64,000 nucleotides of DNA, taken from an uncultured Gammaproteobacteria bacterium (GTDB lineage Bacteria; Patescibacteriota; Microgenomatia; UBA8517). Shown piece after piece: positions 27,765 to 37,351 of the stretch. Under the pieces are notes generated by a model. It saw only the letters and a list, made by a program, of their open reading frames with translations. It was not told the origin of the DNA and made no database searches. A program made the position numbers and the translations under genes. The first letter of the stretch is position 1, and the number at the start of each line of letters is the position of its first letter. The stretch spans positions 6,709 to 70,708 of the forward strand of contig CAZIMC010000002.1 in assembly GCA_964540475.1 (NCBI GenBank), in the 5' to 3' direction.

Positions 27765-29009
27765 ATGGCAGTTGAGATTGATATACATCCACAATCAAAC
27801 GGAGTTGTTGATAGGACGGATTGGGCTCGAGAAAACCTTCCGTTTCTTGATGCAAGAGGGGAGCTTGTTTATTTGAAGGAATGGCGAGATTCAAAAAGCT
27901 CCGCAGTGGGGTGGTTGGCAAGATGGGGTGACCCAGAAGTAAATGTTTCTGGTGGAGGTGTGCGTATGAAAATAGGTGGACAACCTCATGAAGCTGTATT
28001 TCTTGCATCAACAATGTATGAAAAATTCGGCATAGCAGGACCTCAGATTAACGGATCGAAATTTGTTATAGATTATGATCCCACTGCACCAGACAAGTTG
28101 GATGTACTGGACAGATTTCTCACAGCATTTTTGCTGGATCTTGAAAATGTGGGCACTGCTGGCGACTTAAATGTTTCTGAAAGTGAGGTGGCAGGTGTTT
28201 TGGGAAGGCACGGTATAGGCAATCCACAGCAAGGAATTCTTAAGTCCTTGGGTATTGAAGGCAACCTGGGAAGGTTGACTCAACTTATGAGAATGCCTTT
28301 TTCTGAAAGTTTTAGTCCAAAGCACAGTCACCTAATGGATGTTACGGCGGGTTGGAGCACGTACATTGCTACTGAAACGTACTTTAGAAAAATGGGTATG
28401 GATTTGCATGGTCGCACAATTGCAATTCAAGGGATAGGAGCGGTTGGGGGTAGCGCGGCTTACTTTTTCGAAAAAGCTGGCGCAAGGGTCGTTGCCGCTG
28501 CTGATGCACAAGGATCCTTCCGTATCGGCCCCGGGGGATTAACGTCTTGCCTTAGAAACATAGATACGGTAACAGGATGTGTGCCTCGAGAGAAAGGGCT
28601 AGAGGTTGCGGGAGATTCTCAGGCAATTCTTCAGATTCCAGTGGACGTTTTAGTGCTCGCTGCGAAATCGGAAGTTGTGGGCCTAGAAGAAGCAAGATGT
28701 ATACAAGCCCCGCTTATAGTAGAAGGAGCAAATCATCCCATCCTGCGTGATGCCGAAAAGTATCTCACACAGCGGGGGGTAAAAGTTTTGCCAGACTTTA
28801 TTGCTAATGCGGGCACCGCTGAATTTTTCACTATTGGTATGTTGGGAAGCGAGGAACTTTCCGAACAGGGCGTATTAGACCAGGTTGCGCAGATTACTAT
28901 AAACGCTATGACAGAAACCATTGAAACCGCTGACAATTCGGGATTAACGTATAGACAGGCAGCTCAGATAGTATCTACCAATAACTTGTGGCAGAAAGTT
29001 GTGAGATAA
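27765..29009 (+). CDS. Glu/Leu/Phe/Val-dehydrogenase-family amino-acid dehydrogenase-like protein. It is visibly more G+C-rich than its neighbours.
   Basis: Rossmann GIGAVGGSAAYFFEKAGARVVAAAD and C-terminal VLPDFIANAGTAEF resemble the family. The N-terminal catalytic Lys/GGG box is not clearly conserved. Confidence 0.55.
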   Translation: MAVEIDIHPQSNGVVDRTDWARENLPFLDARGELVYLKEWRDSKSSAVGWLARWGDPEVNVSGGGVRMKIGGQPHEAVFLASTMYEKFGIAGPQINGSKFVIDYDPTAPDKLDVLDRFLTAFLLDLENVGTAGDLNVSESEVAGVLGRHGIGNPQQGILKSLGIEGNLGRLTQLMRMPFSESFSPKHSHLMDVTAGWSTYIATETYFRKMGMDLHGRTIAIQGIGAVGGSAAYFFEKAGARVVAAADAQGSFRIGPGGLTSCLRNIDTVTGCVPREKGLEVAGDSQAILQIPVDVLVLAAKSEVVGLEEARCIQAPLIVEGANHPILRDAEKYLTQRGVKVLPDFIANAGTAEFFTIGMLGSEELSEQGVLDQVAQITINAMTETIETADNSGLTYRQAAQIVSTNNLWQKVVR

Positions 29010-29012
29010 TTT

Positions 29013-30278
29013 ATGACAAAAGAGATTTTAGCTTCCTTACTTTCTCCAGAGAGGGCTGCCACTTCCATAAATGACGCATTGACAAGGGGTGTGGTGGAAA
29101 TCTTACCCGATAGGGAGAGTTTGGAAGCTGTTATGCGTGGGAATAAAATCCGGCTTTATTTAGGAATCGATCCCACAAGCCCCGATCTTCATATTGGCCA
29201 CACAGTACCCCTTCGAAAGCTTAGGCAGTTTCAGGATCTTGGACACGATGTAATCCTTTTGTTTGGTACTTTTACTGGTATGATAGGCGATCCTACTGAC
29301 AAATCTGCTTCCAGGGTCCGACTAACTCGAGAGCAAATTGAAGGAAACGTGAGTAGTTATGCTGACCAGGCAAGTAGAATATTGGACATGTCAAAAGATG
29401 CTCCCAACCCGGTTACCATACTATATAACCACGAATGGCTGGGTGAATTGAAATTTGAACAAGTTGTAGATATTGCTTCGAATTTCACAATTTCTGAAAT
29501 GCTTGATCGATCCATGTTTCAGCGGAGGTTAGAAGAAGGTAAACCTCCCAGATTGCATGAAATTTTATATCCATTGATGCAGGGCTACGACTCTGTTGCT
29601 ATGAATGTAGATTTAGAAGTGGGAGGCAGTGACCAAACATTTAATATGCTTGTAGGGCGCGATCTAATGAAAGTTTATGGTGGAAAAGAGAAGTGGGTTA
29701 TGGCAACACGACTAATTTCTGACCCTGCTGGAAACAAGATGGGTAAAACCGAGGGAAATATTGTAAACGTTCGTGATTTGCCGGAGGTTAAATACGAAGC
29801 CATTATGTCTTGGCCAGATACTGCAATTGGTGTCGGGTTTGAGCTATTAACAAATGTTCCTATGTCAGTTGTAAAAAGAATACAAGACGAAATTTTGCCA
29901 CAATCGATTGAAGGAGGTTCTGAGATTGGCATCGTTGCATTAAAGGAGGCGTTGGCTTTTCGGGTGGTAGCTGAATTGGATGGGGAGCCTGAGGCTCGTT
30001 TTGCAATGGAGGAGTTTGATCGCGTAAAAAGAAAGAAGAAGTTCCCAAGGCGAATGAGGGAGATCAGTGTACCTCGTGGATCACTAGTTGAAGATATATT
30101 AGTTGCGTCAGGTTTAGTAAAAGATGTTGATGAAGCGAGGGCTCGCATAGCCCAAGGCTCTGTTGTCCTTGGTGAGCAGCCGGTTAGAAGGAGTATGTAT
30201 GCTAATTTTGATTCGGCGATAATCTCAATCGGTAAAAACCCTATACGCTTAATAGCGCGTGTGAACACAAAGAAATAG
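29013..30278 (+). CDS. tyrS: Tyrosyl-tRNA synthetase with C-terminal S4 domain
   Basis: GIDPTSPDLHIGHTVPL (HIGH), GDPTDKS, KMGKTEGN (KMSKS). 421 aa. Confidence 0.9.
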   Translation: MTKEILASLLSPERAATSINDALTRGVVEILPDRESLEAVMRGNKIRLYLGIDPTSPDLHIGHTVPLRKLRQFQDLGHDVILLFGTFTGMIGDPTDKSASRVRLTREQIEGNVSSYADQASRILDMSKDAPNPVTILYNHEWLGELKFEQVVDIASNFTISEMLDRSMFQRRLEEGKPPRLHEILYPLMQGYDSVAMNVDLEVGGSDQTFNMLVGRDLMKVYGGKEKWVMATRLISDPAGNKMGKTEGNIVNVRDLPEVKYEAIMSWPDTAIGVGFELLTNVPMSVVKRIQDEILPQSIEGGSEIGIVALKEALAFRVVAELDGEPEARFAMEEFDRVKRKKKFPRRMREISVPRGSLVEDILVASGLVKDVDEARARIAQGSVVLGEQPVRRSMYANFDSAIISIGKNPIRLIARVNTKK

Positions 30279-30314
30279 CTTTGTTTATTGTGAGGTTTTA
30301 TTTTAGATACAAAT

Positions 30315-30926
30315 CTATTTAACGAGCCTTGAGAAAACGACCAGGCGGTCGGTGTAGTTTCTTTCAGTTCTGTCAAAAACTCCCTCGCAGGTAATTAGAA
30401 TTACATTTGACTCGTTGTTTGGGCCAAACACCAAATCTAAGGGAAAACTTCTGTCTTCAAAAATAGAAACTCTATAAACTTCATATGTCAATGTGTTGCC
30501 CGAAGTATCGGTGACCTGAATAGCATCGCCGATTGCTATCCGGTCAAGGTTATAAAACACAGCAGCACCACCCGAGCTGGTATCTAAGTGTCCGGCGAAA
30601 ACGGCATTTCCTGCTTCACCCGGTTTTGCGCCGTACATATACCAGCCAACATTCTCATTCAGTTTTGGTACATCCATCTTTTTTTCGGAATCTAACCCCA
30701 CTTCCTCAACTGTTGCCGAAACGTTTATCTTTGGAATAGTAAGTTGCCCAGGATTTGAAAAAACTACCTCTGGTGATGGGGTCGGGAGGGGAGTTTGGAT
30801 TTGTGTAACCTGCGCGGTTTTTGGGATTGAGGATGGGGAAAATTGCGCCAAGACAACACGAAAAGCCAAAAAGGCTGATATTAGTGCAATTGGGATCAAA
30901 AGAAATATTTTTTTCATCTTACACAT
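30315..30926 (-). CDS. Sortase-family transpeptidase (class E/F-like)
   Basis: N-terminal anchor. Catalytic His in NAVFAGHLD, Cys in VILITCEG, Arg in TDRLVVFSRLV. Confidence 0.85.
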   Translation of the reverse strand: MCKMKKIFLLIPIALISAFLAFRVVLAQFSPSSIPKTAQVTQIQTPLPTPSPEVVFSNPGQLTIPKINVSATVEEVGLDSEKKMDVPKLNENVGWYMYGAKPGEAGNAVFAGHLDTSSGGAAVFYNLDRIAIGDAIQVTDTSGNTLTYEVYRVSIFEDRSFPLDLVFGPNNESNVILITCEGVFDRTERNYTDRLVVFSRLVK

Positions 30927-30996
30927 GGCAAGTGCCTAAGCGTGTTGTACCCAGACACTTGCCTCCTCGGTGATCTTCAATTTTACCACTCGCCTG

Positions 30997-31167
30997 CTAC
31001 ATTCCCCCAAAGCCGGTTGCCGGTGCTCCCGCTGGTGTAGGGGAAGCTGTTGGGCTAGGCGAAGGCGACGGGGATGGCGACGGGGATTGCGCGTACGCAA
31101 CTCCGGTCATTAAAACTACCGCACCCATAATAAGTGAAACAATAAACACTGCTATTTTCTTCTGCAT
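30997..31167 (-). CDS. Small secreted peptide (56 aa): signal peptide plus a (SP)n / Pro-rich tail. It sits immediately upstream of the sortase on the same strand and is below the ORF-track cutoff.
   Basis: Hand translation: MQKKIAVFIVSLIMGAVVLMTGVAYAQSPSPSPSPSPSPTASPTPAGAPATGFGGM. Confidence 0.4.
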   Translation of the reverse strand: MQKKIAVFIVSLIMGAVVLMTGVAYAQSPSPSPSPSPSPTASPTPAGAPATGFGGM

Positions 31168-31279
31168 ATTATTCACCCCCTTCCAATAAAGAAACTACTA
31201 GGGAAATGTTATGTCGGAAGAAAAATAGGGTAAGAGAAAAGTAAGATGTAGATCTAAACATGCCCATCGGGTGTTGGGG

Positions 31280-33070
31280 TTAAGTTAAATCAACTTGAAG
31301 GTCCCAGAGATGCTTATATAAGCCATTTTCCTTCATAAGTAATTCTTTGTGTGAACCAATTTCCTTTATTTTTCCATCCTGCATGACAACAATTTTGTCC
31401 GCCTTCATGATTGTTGAAAGACGGTGGGCGATAACAATTGTTGTTTTGTTTTTAGCCGTTTTCCAGAAAGACTCCTGAATAAGGCGCTCAGATTCAGAAT
31501 CAAGGTGGCTTGTTGCCTCGTCAAAAATGATTATAGAAGGATCCGCCAAAATTACTCTTGCGATTGCAAGACGTTGTTTTTGGCCGCCAGAGAGCTTAAC
31601 TCCACGTTCGCCAACTTCTGTTTTATACTTCTTGGGTAGACTTTCAATAAACTCATCAATATTTGCAAGCTTGGTCGCCGCTTTTATTTCTTTTAAGCTA
31701 GCTTCCGGCTTGGCGTAGCCGATGTTATAAGCAATAGTGTTGTTAAAAAGTATTGGCTCCTGGGGGACAAGGCCAATGAAGCTTCTTAAATTGCTTTTTG
31801 TAACATCCTTAATGTTAACGCCGTCGATAGTAATTTCTCCCTTTTGTGGATCGTAAAAGCGCATTAAAAGCCGAATCATCGTAGTTTTACCGGAACCAGA
31901 TCTTCCAACAAGTGCAACGGATTGTCCCTGGCGGATATTTAGAGATAGGCCATTGATCGCATGTTTGGTACGCTCTTTATATGAAAAGGAAATATTTTTA
32001 AATTGAATTTCACCACGAACTTGCTCCAAACCGACCGGATTGTCAGGATCTTTAACAGATATGTTATAGTCCAATACACCGAAATATTTCTCTATATCCG
32101 AGTAATTTTTAGCAATCTCTCTAAAGCCCCATACCATGTCCCACAGTCTAGGGTAGAAAATCCCAATAAAACCCGTAACTAGAACAAAGTCTGCGATAGT
32201 CATTGTACCCGTGACGGTCTCCCTAAGACTTAATAGAAGTATCGCAAACATACTAATGTTTATTATTGAGAAAACATCAATATCGATATATCTGAATGAA
32301 TATGTATATCCCCAAAGTGCTTTAAGCCAGGGGACGAGGCTACCACTCAAACGGTTTCTTTCCCAGGATTCTTTTGCAAAATATTTAACAGTGTCAAAGT
32401 TTATTAGATTATCAACGATTACTCCTGAGACCTTATCCTCCTCGGAATTAAATTCATCGCGACGTTGAACATTTTTCTTGATTAGAAACTTCATACTTAC
32501 AATAGTTACGATGAATGAAAGCAGTACAATTCCAGCAACCATAATGTTAAGGCTTACGAAAAAACCGAACATTACAATGAAGCCAACCAGAACGTTTAAT
32601 AAATTGTGGTGAATTGAGTGAAACAAGTTATAATATGCCCCATCGCCTCGTTTGAAAGTTGAGATCAGTGAACCGGTGCTTTTTGATGAATGAAAAGCAA
32701 AATCAAGGTCCTGGACGTGGTTAAAAATTTCTCGTCTAGCGTCGGTTGCCGCGCTAAAGAGAACCTTGTCTCCAACTAAAAACGAACCAATATCCAAAGC
32801 TTGACCAACGATGCGAACCCCCATAAAAACTAAAAGAATACCAACAAGTTTTTGGTAATCTAAGGAAGGGATGTTTTCTACAAAGAGCTTATAAAAGTAT
32901 GGGTTTAATGAAAATATAACTGCGGTTCCAATAACCATAAAAAGGAAGACAATAAAAATTGCCTTTTTCTTAAAAACAAAGCTATAAAATACTTTTAGAA
33001 CTTTAAACATAATTTTTTTATTGTTACTTTCTTGCGTCTCCAAGAAAGTAACCAAAGAAAGAGCCGCCAA
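31280..33070 (-). CDS. ABC transporter, fused permease/ATPase (MsbA-type exporter)
   Basis: Walker A GRSGSGKTT, signature LSGGQKQRLAIAR, Walker B IIIFDEATSHLD. Six N-terminal TM helices. Confidence 0.9.
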   Translation of the reverse strand: MAALSLVTFLETQESNNKKIMFKVLKVFYSFVFKKKAIFIVFLFMVIGTAVIFSLNPYFYKLFVENIPSLDYQKLVGILLVFMGVRIVGQALDIGSFLVGDKVLFSAATDARREIFNHVQDLDFAFHSSKSTGSLISTFKRGDGAYYNLFHSIHHNLLNVLVGFIVMFGFFVSLNIMVAGIVLLSFIVTIVSMKFLIKKNVQRRDEFNSEEDKVSGVIVDNLINFDTVKYFAKESWERNRLSGSLVPWLKALWGYTYSFRYIDIDVFSIINISMFAILLLSLRETVTGTMTIADFVLVTGFIGIFYPRLWDMVWGFREIAKNYSDIEKYFGVLDYNISVKDPDNPVGLEQVRGEIQFKNISFSYKERTKHAINGLSLNIRQGQSVALVGRSGSGKTTMIRLLMRFYDPQKGEITIDGVNIKDVTKSNLRSFIGLVPQEPILFNNTIAYNIGYAKPEASLKEIKAATKLANIDEFIESLPKKYKTEVGERGVKLSGGQKQRLAIARVILADPSIIIFDEATSHLDSESERLIQESFWKTAKNKTTIVIAHRLSTIMKADKIVVMQDGKIKEIGSHKELLMKENGLYKHLWDLQVDLT

Positions 33071-33404
33071 TAAAAATTTGAGTTCCTTCAGCTTCGTTCA
33101 TGCCCTGCAAAATAACTTCCTTCGATACATATCTCAGTCGAACATATTTTGCTCTGATAGAGTATTCACTCAGCCAAATGAAAGCAAATTTTTAAAGGCG
33201 ATAAAGCACTAACCCATTGCTGACTCGCGTGCTCGGAACACTATTTGTGGCCGCGATCGCTAGTCAGCAGGGACCCGCAAAAGTGGACGCCGACGCGAGA
33301 GGCAGTAAACGTCTGCCATTTGATTGCTAAGGGAAGGCTAATTATTGCATATTTAAAACTTAAATTGCTAGAGGTGGCGGAAAGCGCACTGAAAATAGTA
33401 TAAT

Positions 33405-34268
33405 ATGGCTACTTTCTTTAACTTAAATCCCATGCGTAAACCTTTCATATTATTGGCGTTTTTAGTAAGTCTTTTCGGTAGCTTTTTTGCAAGTACGGCA
33501 GTTTTTGCGCAAGCTCAGGTTACTGAGGAGAAAGTAGAATTACAGCAGCAGGTTACAGGATTAGAATTGCAACTTGAAACTCAAGAATTAGGGCCAGTGC
33601 TGCCATTTAACCCAGTTAAATACGCTATACGCCGTGCGGTGTCTGCAGGTGTTCCAGCAAACACAATTGTAATGCTACTCCTTTTACCATTAGTAGCTGC
33701 CATCATAGCTGCAACACGGCATATTGTGGGGCTTCGGGGGTTTGGGATTTTTCTTCCTGCCGCTCTGGCCGTAACATTTCTGGCGATTGGTCCGCTTTTG
33801 GGAATAGGGTTATTTTTAATAATTGTTACTGTTTCAACAATTTCAAGAATTACACTCAGGCGTCTCAAGTTAAAGCTTCAGTACTTGCCCCGCATGGCAT
33901 TAATTTTATGGTTCGTGTCATTTGCCGTTTTGGTGGTACTGTTCGCTGCACCACTGGCTCCGCTTTTGGGGTTAGCGAACATTTCTATCTTTGCTGTTCT
34001 AATATTAGCCCTGTTGGCCGAAGACTTCACCCGGGTTCAGTTAGGCAAGAGTGCCAAGGTGGCTGTGAATTTAACGATTGAGACTATTATTCTGGCTTTA
34101 ATCTCATTCTTCTTCTTGACCTTGCCTGCTATCCAAGCATTTGCACTTCTGCGACCAGAAATTATGTTACTTGGCATATTTGCTTTCAATCTATTACTTG
34201 GTCGTTACACGGGTCTTCGACTTTTGGAAATTTGGCGGTTCAGGAAAATGATTTTTAACTTGAAATGA
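33405..34268 (+). CDS. Signal peptide plus 7TM membrane protein of the type that partners RimK-like ATP-grasp ligases (7TM_transglut-like). No transglutaminase-like domain is present.
   Basis: Seven hydrophobic helices after a coiled N-terminal segment. ATGA overlap with the downstream ATP-grasp gene. Family assignment is by architecture and context, so this is an inference. Confidence 0.5.
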   Translation: MATFFNLNPMRKPFILLAFLVSLFGSFFASTAVFAQAQVTEEKVELQQQVTGLELQLETQELGPVLPFNPVKYAIRRAVSAGVPANTIVMLLLLPLVAAIIAATRHIVGLRGFGIFLPAALAVTFLAIGPLLGIGLFLIIVTVSTISRITLRRLKLKLQYLPRMALILWFVSFAVLVVLFAAPLAPLLGLANISIFAVLILALLAEDFTRVQLGKSAKVAVNLTIETIILALISFFFLTLPAIQAFALLRPEIMLLGIFAFNLLLGRYTGLRLLEIWRFRKMIFNLK

Positions 34269-35584
34269 AGTTAGCTAATGTCCTTGGTCTAAACGCAAGA
34301 TCGCAATTGTTTGCCTACAAATACAATAATCTGCGTAGTAAAAAGGTGGCAGATTCAAAAATCCAAACTGCACGGATATTGGCAAACGCCGGTGTTCCGA
34401 CCCCTCAACTTTATCAGAAGTTCAGAAATGCAAGAGAAATATTTAATTTTGATTGGCTTACATTACCTGATTCGTTTGCTCTAAAGCCAAGTAAAGGCTT
34501 GGGAGGGGAGGGTATCATTGTCATAAAAAAACGTAGCGAAGGCGGAGAAGGCTATATAACTACACAAAGGAAAAAAGTTACTCCAGATGACTTGAAACTT
34601 CACGCATTGGATATAGTAGAAGGTGCATTTAGTATGACGAGTGAGCCGGATGTTGCTTTGGTTCAGGAGTATGTGGGAAGACATAAGGCGTTTAGAAAGT
34701 ACGCCTATCGCGGCACTCCGGATATAAGAATTATAGTTTTTAATAAAGTGCCTGTTATGGCTATGCTTCGGCTTCCAACTAAAGAATCAGGGGGTCGGGC
34801 GAATATGTTTCAAGGAGCAATTGCGGTTGGTGTTGATATAGCCACGGGAATTACCACCAGGGCAGTTCTTCATGGTGATTTAATTACCTATAAACCTGGA
34901 ACTAAACGTAAACTGCGAGGAATTAAAATACCCAACTGGACAGAAGTATTAGAAACCGCAGTTAAGGCCCAGATTGCATCGGGACTGGGATACTTGGGTG
35001 TTGATATCGTATTGCACCCGGAGAAGGGACCCCAGGTTTTAGAATTAAATGCCCAGCCGGGGCTTAAGATTCAACTTGCGAATATGGCAGGGCTAAAGAA
35101 GCGTTTAGAAAGAGTTGAAGATTTAGAAGTACGCGATGCCGAGCATGGTGTTAAAATTGCAAAAGCTCTTTTTGCCTCTTCATTTGCCACCAAGGTAAAG
35201 CCGGATGAGTCACTGAAGATAATAGAGCCAGTTGAAACTGTAAAAGTTTTGTCGGCCAGCGGGAAGAAGGAAGGTGTTTTGGCGAGGATTGATACTGGCG
35301 CTGTAAGAAGTTCAATAGACAAAGGCTTAGCAGATAAGCTTGGACTAATGACTAAGGAGAACATACTTTGGAAAGATAGATATGAGTACAGGTCGGCAAC
35401 AGGTTTACAAACTCGTCCAGTAATCGGTATAACCTTTTGGTTAGGAGGAAAGAAAAAAGTTACAAGCGCTTCGGTTGCCGACAGATCGAAAATGCAATAC
35501 AAGATGTTGATTGGAAGAAGGGATATGAGTGGTTTTCTTGTAAAGCCGGAATTTACCGGCCAATCTCCTCTAGGTAGTCAATAA
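34265..35584 (+). CDS. RimK-like ATP-grasp ligase (alpha-L-glutamate-ligase-related) fused to a C-terminal retropepsin-like 'putative ATP-dependent Zn protease' domain
   Basis: ATP-grasp core (ALKPSKGLGGEGIIVIKK...VLELNAQPG). C-terminal RIDTGAVRSSID...MLIGRRDMSGF resembles the PF05618 aspartyl-protease-like domain. Confidence 0.7.
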   Translation: MKLANVLGLNARSQLFAYKYNNLRSKKVADSKIQTARILANAGVPTPQLYQKFRNAREIFNFDWLTLPDSFALKPSKGLGGEGIIVIKKRSEGGEGYITTQRKKVTPDDLKLHALDIVEGAFSMTSEPDVALVQEYVGRHKAFRKYAYRGTPDIRIIVFNKVPVMAMLRLPTKESGGRANMFQGAIAVGVDIATGITTRAVLHGDLITYKPGTKRKLRGIKIPNWTEVLETAVKAQIASGLGYLGVDIVLHPEKGPQVLELNAQPGLKIQLANMAGLKKRLERVEDLEVRDAEHGVKIAKALFASSFATKVKPDESLKIIEPVETVKVLSASGKKEGVLARIDTGAVRSSIDKGLADKLGLMTKENILWKDRYEYRSATGLQTRPVIGITFWLGGKKKVTSASVADRSKMQYKMLIGRRDMSGFLVKPEFTGQSPLGSQ

Positions 35585-36389
35585 TCCTGGAAGCAACATT
35601 TATACCGGTAGTCTTTGTAAAGCCTTCCCATTGCGGAATACTGTTTGTCTCGATCATATAAACCTTTTCTTTGTTTTGCATAAAATCTACGCCTGCAATT
35701 TCTAGGTCAAGATTTTTACATATTAGTTCAGACATGTTAAAAAGTCTCATTCTCAGGTCGGCATTTTCGACTTTCTCACCGAAACCTCCGAGGGATATAT
35801 TGGCCCTAAATTCTCCCTGTTTCGGCCTACGCTTAAAAGTACCCACCGCCTTGCCCCCCACAACTATAACCCGATAATCTCCGTCGTTTTCAAGGAATTC
35901 TTGAAGGATAAAACTTGTCAGGTTTGTGGATTCTATTGTAGCTTTAAGTTCATCATTATCTTTACAGAGGAAAACGCCTTCTCCTTTAGCGCTTATATTA
36001 CTTTTAACGACGAGGGGAAAGCCTAGAATTTTGGAAGCATTTTCAATTGCATTTCTCGAAGATTTAATGAAAAATGTTTTAGGGGTCGGTATACCCAGCT
36101 TTTGTGCTTCCGAGATTTGGTAATATTTCCTTCCTATTAAAGGTTTCGTGGCATACGCAGTGTTGATAAACGGAATACTGCGCAAGAGTGCCTCCTTTGC
36201 AACAACACTTCTTTTTTCTGGATGCCCAACGCGCCAATATATAGCCTGGTGTGACTCAAAAAAATTGCCAAAGGGCACTGGGATGATATCGGAATTGATA
36301 ACATCCAAGACATGACTCCTTCTCTTTGCCACTTCAAAGAGATTTTTGTCTTGGAAAAACTGACCCGTCGAGATTAGTGCGAATTTCAT
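35553..36389 (-). CDS. RimK-family ATP-grasp ligase (paralog 2). Start assigned to MKFALIS; the ORF track extends to 36425.
   Basis: KGEGVFLCKDNDEL and LDLEIAGVDFMQ...YMIETNSIPQWEGF ATP-grasp motifs. Confidence 0.75.
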   Translation of the reverse strand: MKFALISTGQFFQDKNLFEVAKRRSHVLDVINSDIIPVPFGNFFESHQAIYWRVGHPEKRSVVAKEALLRSIPFINTAYATKPLIGRKYYQISEAQKLGIPTPKTFFIKSSRNAIENASKILGFPLVVKSNISAKGEGVFLCKDNDELKATIESTNLTSFILQEFLENDGDYRVIVVGGKAVGTFKRRPKQGEFRANISLGGFGEKVENADLRMRLFNMSELICKNLDLEIAGVDFMQNKEKVYMIETNSIPQWEGFTKTTGINVASRIIDYLEEIGR

Positions 36390-37351
36390 ATCGTAAGTTT
36401 TGGTCCGGAAAACAAGCCGTTCCACTCCGCCAGTAGCATTATAACTAAAGTATTGGCGTGCTCAAATAAGGCGTCCTTTGATTCATTCAGATCGAGTAGT
36501 CCAGTATCCTCGTTAACTTTTTGGTAAATTAGCTCTTTATAACCTTCTAGCTCCGTCTCGTAGTCTGGATTTAACTTAAACACTACGCCGGTTTCAGCAA
36601 TCAGGTCAAGATTTTGTGAATTAAAGATATAAGACCTATTAGATTTAAAGTATTCATAAACCCAGCAATACTCTTTGTTGTTAGGGTATTTTTGGTAATA
36701 ACCAGAATCAGCAATAAGGATGTGTGTGTACGCATAAATGTTATTCAAAAAATTAAATTCTGAGGTGGTATTAATTTTAGTGGCAGGGTAAAGGAGTTTG
36801 AGAGATTTTATAACGCTATCGGTAATATTGGTTATTTCCAAATCTTTTAACCAGAATGCTAAATTTATATTCTGAACAGGATCAAAAAATAGTAGATCAT
36901 TATCTGAGAATATTTTTTTCCAATCAATTCTGCCTAATCTTGTGATGGCCACTTTATATCCTTGTGAGTTAAGATATTTGCTAACTTGGTAATCTGAAAT
37001 TTTTAGCATTAAATAAATCAAACTTTGATAATATTTTATTTCTGGATGTTTTTCGTAATACTCCCATCGTATTTTTTTGAGGGGGGATAGATCTTTAAGA
37101 AGATTTAGTTTTTCTAACCCTTCCCGTTTCTCTTTACTTATATCTCCGGCAATTTTAGCTTTGTTCTCAAAATCCCGCATTAATTCCTGGAAAGCACTGG
37201 AAAGTGGAGGAATAAACCGTGCTTGACCTGTGACTCTATACATACGCTCATAAAAGTGAAGTTTTCTGTTAGGCCTAAAGCTTTCTATTCTTTTGGCTAG
37301 ATTGGTTATGGCCCGCTCTGAAGCTTTCTTGTAAATTGGGTTTGCTGTCAT
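36386..37351 (-). CDS. Conserved hypothetical protein (321 aa) embedded between two ATP-grasp genes with overlapping stop/start codons
   Basis: ORF only. Translational coupling on both sides. No domain recognised by eye. Confidence 0.6.
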   Translation of the reverse strand: MTANPIYKKASERAITNLAKRIESFRPNRKLHFYERMYRVTGQARFIPPLSSAFQELMRDFENKAKIAGDISKEKREGLEKLNLLKDLSPLKKIRWEYYEKHPEIKYYQSLIYLMLKISDYQVSKYLNSQGYKVAITRLGRIDWKKIFSDNDLLFFDPVQNINLAFWLKDLEITNITDSVIKSLKLLYPATKINTTSEFNFLNNIYAYTHILIADSGYYQKYPNNKEYCWVYEYFKSNRSYIFNSQNLDLIAETGVVFKLNPDYETELEGYKELIYQKVNEDTGLLDLNESKDALFEHANTLVIMLLAEWNGLFSGPKLTI

